In this document: piece by piece, positions 11,700 through 23,117 of the stretch
How the letters are laid out: every line of letters begins with the position of its first letter
Position numbering within the stretch: the stretch's first letter is position 1
Assembly: GCF_021730395.1 (NCBI RefSeq)
Contig: NC_069372.1
Location: 62,911,754 to 62,975,753, forward strand
Direction of reading: 5' to 3'
Length of the DNA: 64,000 nucleotides
From: Mercenaria mercenaria
Lineage: Eukaryota
Made by a program: the position numbers and the translations under genes
The notes under the pieces: generated by a model
Told to the model about the DNA's origin: nothing
The model's input: the letters and a program-made list of their open reading frames with translations, nothing else
Databases searched by the model: none

Positions 11700-12250
11700 C
11701 CGGCGAAATGGAATTCATGAAATCATGAATTTTTCATCACCATTATGAATTATTCATGAAAGGTTCTGCATTACTTCTAAATCTAACTTCATGAAGTTTT
11801 ATGCATGAAGTGTCGTTTGATCTACTTCATGAAGATATCAAGCATTATTGACAAATTCATAAAATTCTTGAAATATTCATGAACTAGTTTAAGAATGAAT
11901 CAAGATTTTTTTATGAATGTCAATAGACCTATAGAATTCAAGAAAAATTCTTGAAAAAAATGATGAACATTTTATGAGCAGTTTAAGAATATTATATTCT
12001 TAAAACATTCTTTATGTGTTCTCAAGAAAAAGTCATGAATATTTAATGACTATATCTATGATTCATTAAAAGTACTAAAATTCAAAACCTTTTTCTAGTT
12101 CAGTACCAGTTCTTGAACCCAGTTGTGAGTTTCTGAACTGTCCATTCATTAAACATAAAACTTAGGTTTACCTTTTAAAATAAATAAATAAGTTCATGAA
12201 CTGTTCATGAATGTTCATGAACATTAAATTCATGTCACATGATCAGTTTC
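11700..12250. repeat. Dense, irregularly spaced cluster of the palindromic octamer TTCATGAA / TCATGAA (about 15 copies plus variants)
   Basis: Examples: attcatgaaatcatgaatttttcatcaccattatgaattattcatgaaagg; aacttcatgaagttttatgcatgaagtg; gttcatgaactgttcatgaatgttcatgaacattaaattcatg. Confidence 0.8.
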
Positions 12251-12989
12251 CATTATTTTGTTGCATGCTGAGAATTTTTTTGCACATGTGATTCAACAAT
12301 TTTTGAGAAGTTTTTGCAGCAAATGAGAAGGAAATATTTATCATACTACAGTTTGGAATGGTTTAAAAGGAACACGAGTATACTGAATATCAAATAAGTA
12401 ATTATGGTGTTGTTATAAATAGTTCATTTTAAAAATATAAAATCCTTCTAAAATGTCACAAGTTTTCACGACCCTGAAGCAAAGCTAGTATCTAAATTTC
12501 AATCTTGAGATTAACCCTTAGCCTGCTGCAGGCGAATTTAACAGCCTTTGCAAACAGCTTGGAACCAGAGCTGTTTGCTACTCTGACAATATTTCTTCCA
12601 ATTTTGGAGCAAATTGAATGAACTTTACAATTTTAGCAGACGACATTTCCAGCAGACGACAATTTATCTAGCATGCTAAAGGTTAAAGTAAATTACAGGT
12701 TGTTTAACTTAATGTTTTGTATCTATACAGCAATAGTTTACTTCTTATTATGCTTCCAATCCCACTCCAGTTTACTGTTTGACTCAACATTTCATTTGTT
12801 GAGGGTGGAAAATGTCATTGTCGCAGTGACTCAGCAGAGACTAAAACAATCTCTAGCCACTAACTGAACAATACTTTGACCTACAGGATTTTTTCTTGTA
12901 TCAAGCTATACCAATATTGTTCAAAGAATCCCATTACATGCAGATCTCTCAGGTTTCACTCCTACCACTGGTTACCTCGACTAGTTCAT

Positions 12990-13600
12990 GCAACATTTTT
13001 TACAAAAATAGTTCATGAATAAATATTCATGAAAATCAAAATTTATGTTTCATGAATTTCCATACATTATCTCAGCTCTTAATAACAAGTGCATGAATAC
13101 TACTTAATTAGTACAGGTATTATTTAGTAACTGAAAATATGATGGATTACTGTATCATCTATGGCAAAGAAGTCCTTTTATAATGTTTTGTATTGTTCAT
13201 GAAATATTCAAGAATTTAAGCACAAATGTCTTCATGAAGTTGTAAGAATATTTATTCTTGAAAAAACATGAAGTGCAAATGAGACATTGAAATAAAGAAC
13301 AAAATATTATGCATGAATTCTTCATGAAGTATTTTTTCAGGAATATTTTCACGAATTCTTCATGAAGATTAATAAATACAAAGTTCATGAATTCTTCATG
13401 AACACAGCCTATGCATAATTTCATGCATTTTAATGCATTTACCTATTCATGAATAATTCATGAATCTGTTTTCATGAGCTGCTGATGCATTGGTCTCATT
13501 TGCACTTCATGTTTTTGTCATGAAGACTTCATGAAGTCTCCTCATGAAGAAGTCATGAATGCTTCATGAGTACTTCATGAAGTATGAATAAACATTTGAC
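12990..13600. repeat. Second TTCATGAA cluster (about 20 copies), ending in six copies within 90 bp
   Basis: cacttcatgtttttgtcatgaagacttcatgaagtctcctcatgaagaagtcatgaatgcttcatgagtacttcatgaagtatgaat; cacgaattcttcatgaagattaataaatacaaagttcatgaattcttcatgaacac. Confidence 0.8.
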
Positions 13601-13974
13601 AGGGGCGGATTTCTGTTGAAGTATCATTGAAGACTATAAAGTAAAAAATGAAAATTCTACAACATATTTTTGTTACGTAATCTATATTTTCGTATTTCAG
13701 CAGACAATACACTTTCAAATTTTACCAAAATTATATGAGCTTACCAGACATCAAAATCTAATTTATTTTTGTAGCACTGTAATATATAGAACTTGCTTAT
13801 TTATTGATCGGATACCTTAATGCATGTTTTCCTGTCTTAAAAGGGGATGATGCCTATTCGGGCCTCCTCTTTACCATTCCACTGAATTCAATGTATTGCA
13901 TTAATTCAAAAGTTGTTTAAAATAAACCTACAATCAGGGTATGAATCACCTTCAGTTACAGATATTGAGGATAA

Positions 13975-14205
13975 ATGAGCTGCGCCATGAGCAAACCAAC
14001 ATAGTGCGTTTGCGACCAGTATGGATCCAGACCAGCCTGTGCATCCATGCAGTCTGGTCAGGATCCATGCTGTTCGCTTTCAAAGCGTATTGCAATTAGA
14101 GAAACTGTTAGCGAACAGCATGGATCCTGCGCATCCGCGCTGGTCTGAATCCATGCTGGTCGCAGACGCACTATGTTGGTTTTCTCGTGGTGCGGGTCAA
14201 ATATA
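13975..14205. mobile_element. Palindromic MITE/foldback element with ~100 bp arms
   Basis: The arm gcgccatgagcaaaccaacatagtgcgtttgcgaccagtatggatccagaccagcctgtgcatcc is mirrored by ggatcctgcgcatccgcgctggtctgaatccatgctggtcgcagacgcactatgttggttttctcgtgg around the central loop ...ttgcaattagagaaactgttagc... Confidence 0.75.
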
Positions 14206-15430
14206 GAAATTCATTCTTATATTTGACAAGGCGCTTTAAAATTTCTTGACTCTACTGTATGATCTAGCCATCAGGTTTTAACATTTTAGGCCAATTAGGC
14301 TACATGTAGTTTATACAATCGATTTGGTCAATTCTTCATGGTCATAAATACACAATGTCATGTCATTTGTCTGGTTCTCTTGTTTTGGTCATATCTAATA
14401 AGTTTCCATACTATACGGCTTAGAACTAATTTGGAATATTGCGGAATGCGGACCTAGTAACTAGTATGTTGGTTAAGCTTGTCATTCCGGACCTAGTGGG
14501 GCCACATGTAAAAAAGTCTTTGTTTGCTGTCTCCCGACCCTACATTTTTTTTTGGTGGGGGGGGATTATACTTTTACCAGTAGATATAATGATCATTTCT
14601 TACAGAATATTTCTTCTGTAAAATAAGACAAATCTCTACAATATGTTATACAAAAGGATGAAATTAAATAATACAATTTAAATTTCTTACTTATTATTTT
14701 GCTTACTTAAAATATATGCGGCACATGTCATATCGCAACTTAAAAAAAATATTTTGACCAGCATCGTCCAATAAAAACTTTTGGGGCACAGCAATTTAAG
14801 CGGGAAGGTAAGGTGACAGCAAACAAACATATTTTTAATTTTGGCCTGACTGGAAAATTTATCTGAGAATTGAACTGCATATGTTAAACACCATGAAATC
14901 TGTCAGAATTTTTGTGAATAAAGTTATCTGCTAGACTGCTTATACCCACTGGATAAATTTTTGAGCAGCTCTGTCCAGGCTGGCCTTTTTCAAAGATTAA
15001 ATTAGAAATGGTTGAATTTTTTTATCCGCTTCTTTGCCAACCAAACGATTTCCCAGCAAAGCCAAGCTGAAACACATGTACATTCAAAAAGGTCACACGA
15101 GGTCTCACATGATAACACATATGAAAGTGGACCGAGTGGAATTAAATTTTGAATAATCACTGACACTGAAATGAGACAGTACGTCAAGTTGTACTAAAGG
15201 ATGCTTTGAGGCTGTTTACACTGATAGGAAGTGACTACTCAGTGTTATATGTGAAGTTTAAGTCCCTGCTGTTGATGAAATATGGTATAATGAGTCATAT
15301 AAGGATGTGGGAGTTCTAGGGGTAGCTCGAGTTCAAACATGTACCCAACATGGTCTGTAGCAGACTTTCATGGATCTCTCGGGGATTTGTTCAGATAGTT
15401 CTACTTGGCCACAGGTAATCACCAGAGACA

Positions 15431-16486
15431 AAAACAAGAGGGCCATGAAGGCCCTGTATCGCTCACCTGACCTATTGACCTAAAGATCATCAAGATAGTT
15501 TCATTAAGATATGGTCATAGATGTGGCCTCTAAAGTGTTAACTAACTTTTTCTTTGATTTGACCCGGTGACCTGGTTTTGACCCCACATGACCCAGATTC
15601 GAACTTGACCTAAAGATCATCAAGATTAACATTCTGACCAAGTTTCATTAAGATATGGTCATAAATGTGGCCTCTAGTGTTAACTAGCTTTTCCTTTGAT
15701 TTGACCTCGTGACCTAGTTTTTTACCCTATGTGACCTAGATTCAAACTGGACCTTGAGATCATCATGATTAACATTCCGACCAAGTTTCATGAAGATACA
15801 ATCATAAATGTGGCCTCTACAATGTTAACAAGCTTTTCCTTTGATTTGACCTGGTGACCTAGTTTTTGACCCCAGATGACCAAATATCAACCTCATCCAA
15901 GATTTATTCAGGGAAACATTCTGACAACGTTTCATTAAGACTGGGCCAAAATTGTGACCTCTAAGAGTGTTAACAAGCTTTTCCTTTGATTTGACCTGGT
16001 GACCTAGTTTTTGACCCCGGATGACCCAATAGCGAATTTGTCCAAGATTTTATTGAGGGTAACATTCTGACCAAGTTTCATTAAGATTGGATCAAAACTG
16101 TGACCTCTAGAGTGTTAACAAGCTTTTCCTATGATTTGACCTGGTGACCTAGTTTTTGACCCAAGATGACCCAATATCAAACTCATCCAAGATTTTATTG
16201 CGGTCAACATTCTGGCCAAGTTTCATTAAGATTGGGCCAAAATTGTGACCTCTAGAGTGTTAACAAGCTTTTCCTTTGATTTGACCTGGTGACCTAGTTT
16301 TTGATCCCAGATGACCCAATATCGAACTCGTTCAAAATTTTATTGAGGGTAACATTCTGACCAAGTTTCATTAAGATTGGGTCAAAATTGTGACCTCTAG
16401 TGTTAACAGTCAAATTGTTGACGACGGACACTGGGCGATCACAAAAGCTCACCTTGAGCACTTTGTGCTCAGGTGAGCTAAAAATT
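15431..16486 (+). mobile_element. Non-autonomous Helitron/Helentron-like element ('pearl'/HINE-like): 5' end AACAAGAGGGCCATGAAGGCCC..GCTCACCTG, internal ~155 bp satellite array (about 6 units), 3' end GACGACGGACACTGGGCGATCACAAAAGCTCACCTTGAGCACTTTGTGCTCAGGTGAGCTAAAAA
   Basis: The termini are conserved with seven other copies in the window. A terminal inverted repeat GCTCACCTG/CAGGTGAGC, a 5' palindrome GGCCATGAAGGCC and a 3' hairpin CACCTTGAGCACTTTGTGCTCAGGTG are present. Confidence 0.75.
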
Positions 16487-16769
16487 ACTTCTCAAAAAAT
16501 GCTTGGAGAGATCTTTGCCAAACTTGGTCTGCAGCACACAATGACATTCTTTTGTAGAGACGATCAATAGAGAAACCGTGTTTTTTTGAGTGCATTAATT
16601 CATGGAGCTATAATACAAATTTTATCACAACTCCCTGATTAATTTAAGTAAAACACGATTTTGCCGTACATTATTTCGATTCTAATAGGTCCTTAATCTA
16701 AAACAGAAGATAAAATTTAGTAGCGCTCTTTCTCGGTCGCAACAGAAACATTGACATCATCGTCAATGA

Positions 16770-16925
16770 CCAAGTGAAGGTAATATGGCGACTTTCTAGC
16801 TTTTGATTGTGGAGGAAGACCTGGATGGTTTCCTCACATCAAGAACTCAATGCCCCGAGTGAGGGGCAAGTGATTCGAAGTAAGAGAGCTTAACCATTCA
16901 GTCACTGAGGCCCCCTGTCCAGAAC
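16770..16925 (-). mobile_element. tRNA-derived SINE copy (same family)
   Basis: ggcgactttctagcttttgattgtggaggaagacctggatggtttcctcacatcaagaactcaatgccccgagtgaggggcaagtgattcgaagtaagagagcttaaccattcagtcactgaggcccc. Confidence 0.55.
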
Positions 16926-17261
16926 AATAGATCCATTATGGTAATATGGCCTTTCATAAACTAAGGTGAGATGGCCAATAGCTATTCATAGTTAATGTTA
17001 TAATGCTGACACCCGACTATAAATAAAAATTTGTATCTTGTAAGCTCTAACTCAGCATCAATGTTCAGAATGTTGGATATGACAAGATAGACACAAACTG
17101 ATTTCTACTCTTTAATCATCTGTATATCAAAACATTTTACATATCTTTGTACAAACTGTACATATATTAAAGGATATTTAATTAATCCCTAATAAACACA
17201 TAAGAAAAAATATTAGCTTTGCAATTTGTTTTTCATTTAAATTTCATTTTCACAAAACAAG

Positions 17262-18470
17262 AGGGTCATGATGACCCTAGATTGCTCACCTGAGTAATGT
17301 AAGCTACACTGACAAGAGTAAGAGATCAGGTAAGAAAGTCAAACGTAAGTAAGCATTGAAATTTTTTCCAAGTTGTGTGAACATGTTTCAAATGTTAAAC
17401 TGATGCTTAAATGTTAAGAAAGTTGGTCAGTAGGTCACTTTCATGGTCAGTAGGTCACTTTCATGGTCACTGAAAGCCAGTTTTAAGATTGGTGTGCAAA
17501 ACTGTACATGTTATCCAAATTTCAAAGCTGTATCTTAAAAAACAAGAATGTAGATCCGTAAGTCAAGGTCACAGATCTGATAATTTTTTAAGTATATAAC
17601 TCATATAACAAGTGACCCACCGGGGCGGGGCCTCTTTTCACCCAAGGTCCATAATTTGAACAATCTTGTTAGAGGTCCACCATAAAATGGTACACACCAA
17701 AACTCGAAGGACTAGGCCTTGAACTTTCAGACAAGGAGTTTTTTCCTATACAAGTCTATGTAAAACTTTGGACCCCCAGGGCAGGGCCTCCTTTCACCCC
17801 AGAGGCATAATTTGAACAGTCTTGGTAGAGAACCACTATGAAATGCAACATACCAAATATCAAAAGCCTAGGCCTTGCAGTTTCAGACAAGGAAGATTTT
17901 AAAACTTTTTACCAATATAAGTCTATGTAAAACTTGGGACCTCCAGGGCAAGGCCTCTTTTCACCCCAAGGTAAAAATTTGAAAAAGCTTTGTAGAGGAC
18001 CGCAAGGCAATGCTAAATACTAAATACCAAAGGCCTAAGTCTTGTGGTTTCAGACAAGAAATTTTTTTAAGTTTTTTCCTATATATGTCTATGTAAAATG
18101 TGGGACCCCCGGGCCAGGGCCTCTTTTCACCCTAGGGGCATAATTTGAATAACTTTCATACAGGACCATTAGATGGTGTCATATGCCAAATATCAAGACT
18201 CTATATGGTGGAGTTTTGGACAAGAAGATTTTTAACGTTTTCTTTTCGGTTGCCGTGGCAACACGAGTTCTATGTGAAATTCAATTCTTTGAACAACTGA
18301 CAGGGGGCCAACCCAAGGATCATTCCTGTGAAGTTTGGTGTAAATCTGTCCATTGGTTTTTCAAGAAGTTTTTTTTTAGAAAATGTTGAAGGAAGTACGA
18401 CGGACACTGGGCGGTCACAAAAGCATACCATGAGCTTTTGGCTTGGGTGAGCTAACAATGCAAAATAAAT
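17262..18470 (+). mobile_element. Helentron-like element carrying a ~165 bp satellite (tataagtctatgtaaaacttgggacccccagggcagggcctcttttcacccc...)
   Basis: 5' acaagagggtcatgatgaccctagattgctcacctgagtaatgtaagctaca; 3' ...tacgacggacactgggcggtcacaaaagcataccatgagcttttggcttgggtgagctaacaatgc. Confidence 0.75.
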
Positions 18471-18849
18471 TTTACCTTTTCCTTTTTGTTTCTTCAACAA
18501 ACAATATTATAATTGTCACTGATCCAGTCCAAAGAACTTCAAGGGTGGTAATAAGAAGTGTTTAAATTTTCAAAACATCTTGGCTAACTTTTGAATTTAT
18601 CCTTAGAAAACATTTTGAAAGGGTGTAGTCATATTTTGGACAGCCTGATTTGTTGATAAAGCACACTGTCCATGTTAAAACTTTTGGAAATTTTTTCAGG
18701 AGTTAGAATTTTACAAAGGAAACTCCAAACAAGATTTTGGACATTGATAAATATCTTTAAAATTAAAATATGCTTCAACTACCACACCTAGAGACCTTTA
18801 GAAAGATAAAAATAACTTCAGTTATCGATCTTTTTGCTGTCAGCCACAA

Positions 18850-19450
18850 TTGCATTCCTCTGTAAATCAGTCCATCTGTCAGTTCTGATTTGAGGTTATA
18901 AAACTGAGGACTGAACCAGTCAATCTGTCAGCTCTGATTTGAGGTTATAGAAGTGAGGGACCAGTCCATCTGTCAGTTTTGATTTCAGGTTCCAAAACCA
19001 AGGGACCAGTCCATCCTTCAGTTCTGATTTGAGGTTATAAAACTGAGGAACCAGTCCATCAGTCAGTTCTGATTTGAGGTTATAAAACTGAGGAACCAGT
19101 CAATCTGTCCGTTCTGACATGAGGTTATAAAACCCAGGAACCAGTCAATCCGTCAGTTCTGATATGAGGTTATAAAACCCAGGAACCAGTCAATCTGTCA
19201 GTTCTGATTTGAGGTTATAAAACCCAGGAACCAGTCCATCAGTCAGTTCTGATTTGAGGTTATAAAACTGAGGAACCAGTCAATCTGTCCATTCTGACAT
19301 GAGGTTATAAAACCCAAGAACCAGTCAATCTGTCAGTTCTGATATGAGGTTATAAAACCCAGGAACCAGTCAATCTGTCAGTTCTGATTTGAGGTTATAA
19401 AACTGAGGAACCAGTCCATCCGCCAGTTCTGATTTGAGGTTATAAAACTG
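18850..19450. repeat. ~61 bp minisatellite, about 10 units (accagtccatctgtcagttctgatttgaggttataaaactgaggaacc)
   Basis: Read directly. Confidence 0.85.
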
Positions 19451-20039
19451 AGGAACCATTCCCTGAATGCAACACTGCTATTGATCAATGTCAAAAGTGC
19501 ACTCTGTAACAACCAATCAACTGATGTTATGTTAAGACTGGTCCACTATTTCAACTTAATGACATAAGGGTGCAATTATGATACCATGGTGGGAATAAAG
19601 CCCACAACATACAGGTTGTGCAGTGAAAGACTTCAACAAAATTCAAACTTTATTACTGGTCATTTCTACAGCCAACTATATCCTCACTCACAAGCCCACC
19701 ACTTCTCTAAATACTTCTGCAGTTAAAGGTGTACAGATTACAAAATTGTTGGCATCATATGCATTGACCACACTCTGGGTATTTAGATCTCAGAAAATGA
19801 TATACAATGGTAGAGCATAAAATAACACTAAATTATAGATAGTTATTAAAGCAGATGTTTATATCACAGACAAATACATTTAAGTCTTATGTCTTACAAA
19901 TAATACATTCAAAATAACTGTTCATAAGCAGAACATAACTGTTGTTCATGTCCCAACCACCATTTGTGCAAATATACACTTTGACATCCTATTATCTTTT
20001 CAATAAAACTTAACGGCATAATCATATAAGATAATCTGT

Positions 20040-20215
20040 AAGATGATTATTCTGTCCATTCAAACCAAATGTTTACACGATTACTCTGTCCACTCAAACC
20101 AAATGTTTACACGATTATTCTGTCCACTCAAACCAAATGTTTACAAAATTATTCTGTGCACTCAAAAAAAATGCTTAAACAATTATTTTGTGAACTCAAA
20201 ACTAATGTTAACACT
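20040..20215. repeat. ~34 bp tandem repeat, about 5 units (gattattctgtccactcaaaccaaatgtttacac)
   Basis: Read directly. Confidence 0.8.
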
Positions 20216-20394
20216 ATGTTTAAAAATATATATTTATCACAATAACATCTTTGGAATTATGTTACTTTCAAACAACTTATTATAAATTGTGCTGATTTAT
20301 AAACATTATGCCAGTGTTGCTGTTTCCATAGCAACACAACAACAGAACACTAGCTTTTTCAACAATCTCTGCATTCTACTTTTACTTCTTTTAG

Positions 20395-20635
20395 GAAATT
20401 ATAAATGAGCCGTGCCATGAGAAAACCAACATAATGGGTTTGCGACCAGCATGGATCCAGACCAGCCTGCGCACCCGCGCAGTCTGGTCAGGCTCCATGC
20501 TGTTCGCTTTTAAGCCTATTGGAATTGGAGAAACTGTTAGCGAACAGCATGGATCCTGACCAGACTGCGCGGATGATCCATGCTGGTCGCACACCCACTA
20601 TGTTGGTTTTCTCATGGCACGGCTCAAATGTTCAT
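20395..20635. mobile_element. Palindromic MITE/foldback element, same family as 13975-14205
   Basis: gagccgtgccatgagaaaaccaacataatgggtttgcgaccagcatggatccagaccagcctgcgcacccgcgcagtctggtcagg is mirrored by ...cctgaccagactgcgcggatgatccatgctggtcgcacacccactatgttggttttctcatggcacggctc. Confidence 0.8.
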
Positions 20636-21329
20636 TAACTGATTGTGAAAATAAAGCTCTATATAATAGTACACTTAACTGAAAAAAAAGAGTTACACAA
20701 CCTGAGTGAAGCGAAAATTAAAAGTATAAAAAAAAACAATACTCTCTAATACAAAAATTAAAACTATTGAATAAAAGATACAAAAAAAAAACTAGCGCTA
20801 TCACTGGAAGTGATAAATACCCCCACCAGGTATTGGATACAGGAAGTTGTTTTTTTTTAAGTGAAGGCAGGGTTCATACAGATCTGTCAAAATACGAAAT
20901 TCTAGGACTTCAAGTCAACTTGGCTGATCTCAGGTCCAACTGTTCTTCAGTACTTTATTATAATGCCAAAGGTCACTGACCTTTGACCTAGTGACTGCAA
21001 AATTAACAGAGGTCATATTACGGTCATGACTAACCCACCTACCCAGTTTGAGGATCCTATGCCCAAGTGTTTTGAAGTTATGGAGCAATAACCCAATATT
21101 TGACCTTGAATTGTGACCTTGACCTTTGACCATCAGGTATAGGTAATGTTATGTGACACATCTTCTTGTCATTAAGAATAATAATCCAAAGTTATATTAT
21201 AACCCTCTCAGGCACATAGAAGTTATGGAGTAAAAACCAAATATCTAACCTTTGACCTTGAATTGTGACCCTGACCTTTGTGATGTGTTCAACATGTCAT
21301 CTGGTCTTGATGAATAATGACGTGAAGTT

Positions 21330-22075
21330 AAATTAAACAACTGAGATATAGTGAAAATGCATAAAAATTAACCTTTATTTATTTATTTATTTGGGTTTTA
21401 CGGTGCACCAACACAGTATAGGTTATATTGCGCCACACAGGACTACAAATTTTGGTTTCACATCTCATTTACATCGAAATAAAAACATGAGGTATGAAAT
21501 CAAAATTTGCATACCTGCTGGAATCACAGAGTTACAGCAAAACCAAGTGTTAAGATCCTATTAGTTGCCTCTTACGATCATGCAAGGGTAAGGCAGTAAT
21601 TCCAATTCTTTTCATACATAGATCATCCCAGAACCACAAGGGGCTAAATTTTCCTTAAATTCTATGTAAAAGGGGGCATAATTCATGAAAAACTGGTGTC
21701 AGAGTTATGCACCTTGTGTCACATGATGTGGGTGATAAGGTGGAACATCTATTTTAAGTTTGAATCAAATCCATTCAGTTATAACTGAGATATAGTGAAA
21801 ATGCATCAAAATTAACCTTAGATTCTAAGTAAAACTTTCTAAAAGGGGGCATAATTTATGAAAAATTGGTGTCATAGTTATGCACCTTGTGTCATATGAT
21901 GTGGGTGATAAGGTGGAACATTTATAATAAGTTTGAATCAAATCCATTAAGTAATAACTGAGATATAGATTTTGGGACGTGACGTGACGAGACGGGACAA
22001 AACTGACTCCTATATAGCCCCCCCACCACCCAAACATGTTTGGTGGGGGTATAAACAAAAATGACAAAAAACAAT
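21330..22075 (+). mobile_element. Repeat-carrying element with ~190 bp units (aactgagatatagtgaaaatgcatcaaaattaacctta...) and a terminal gggacgtgacgtgacgagacgggac microsatellite plus the palindrome cccccaccacccaaacatgtttggtgggggt
   Basis: The 3' architecture (GAC-rich microsatellite followed by a hairpin) matches the other Helentron-like copies; the 5' end is unclear. Confidence 0.4.
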
Positions 22076-22246
22076 TTTGATCACAACTTGTTTTGTTAAA
22101 AAAAATAAATATTCCTTAAAAAAAGGTTACCAGCTGATGATTGGAATTTTTACAATCCAAAACTATAGTGCTCCTTTTTTCATCTGTTTTCAGCTGAGAG
22201 CTCTTTAATCCATTTTTTACATTCCTTTACATGTTGATATATAATC

Positions 22247-22576
22247 TTACATATCGTTAAAAATACCAGCAAGTTTTGATACAAAATGCATTCTTGTTTT
22301 TCCTAATTCTAAGCTGTTATACAAGGGAGGTAATTCCTTTTCTTTCTTTTCCAGCCAATTTATTAATCCAGCTAATAATTGTTCAGGAATTTCATTATTC
22401 AAACAAACTTCGTTTCCATCTATGTTAATATTAAAGACACCATCTTGCAATTTGTAGGTCACATGACTTGCGGCAGTCAGTGTCAAAGGTCTCCCAAATG
22501 TTTTGTTCCATGCCTGTTTAACTAGCAGAGACAAAGTTAGTAAGGTAGCTATTACTCTGTATACATTTTGCTCTGT
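22247..22576 (-). CDS. Terminal exon of the same gene: GVKTEQNVYRVIATLLTLSLLVKQAWNKTFGRPLTLTAASHVTYKLQDGVFNINIDGNEVCLNNEIPEQLLAGLINWLEKKEKELPPLYNSLELGKTRMHFVSKLAGIFNDM*
   Basis: Track ORF 22247-22582. Acceptor gaatttacag|GTGTGAAG, with the frame continuous from 22887-23027 (G+GT). Confidence 0.6.
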   Translation of the reverse strand, partial: TEQNVYRVIATLLTLSLLVKQAWNKTFGRPLTLTAASHVTYKLQDGVFNINIDGNEVCLNNEIPEQLLAGLINWLEKKEKELPPLYNSLELGKTRMHFVSKLAGIFNDM

Positions 22577-22886
22577 CTTCACACCTGTAAATTCAAAATA
22601 AACAGATATTCAAAATGCAAAGCATAACATGAGCTGTCAGATGACAGCAGCACACTGCCATTAAAAGGCTTGTCATTGAAAACAGTCAAAATTATGAAAA
22701 CATTTAGACACAAACAAAAGGCACAGCAATTTTGAATCTTAGAACTCTCTTGTCTCATGATACTTTCTGATTACAGTCAAAAAAGGGAAATAACTTTGTA
22801 AAACAGGATTTTTATTAATGTTATAAAATCATCCCTCACCATGCTAGCGTTAAGACAATTCCTGTCTTAAAACAATAAAAATTCTT

Positions 22887-23027
22887 ACCAAGAGATTTTA
22901 CACCCTGACTTGTGAGTATATGAATTATTCTTGACCTCTTTGCACCAATGAGAGAGCACAACTGTTCAGACAGCTCAAAGTAATGTAGTGGTCTTTCTGG
23001 CACTGAGTCTTCAGCAGTCTGAAAAAT
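22887..23027 (-). CDS. Penultimate exon of an unidentified gene: TAEDSVPERPLHYFELSEQLCSLIGAKRSRIIHILTSQGVKSL
   Basis: Minus-strand acceptor cctttatttttcag|ACTGCTG and donor TCTCTTG|gtaagaattt. It ends in phase 1 and joins the next exon in frame. Confidence 0.6.
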
Positions 23028-23117
23028 AAAGGCATGATTGTATATTTATATCAGTTCAAAGTCTATAAATAACTTTTCACATGTTTGATGTCACAGGTGC
23101 CAGACAAATTAAGTAAA

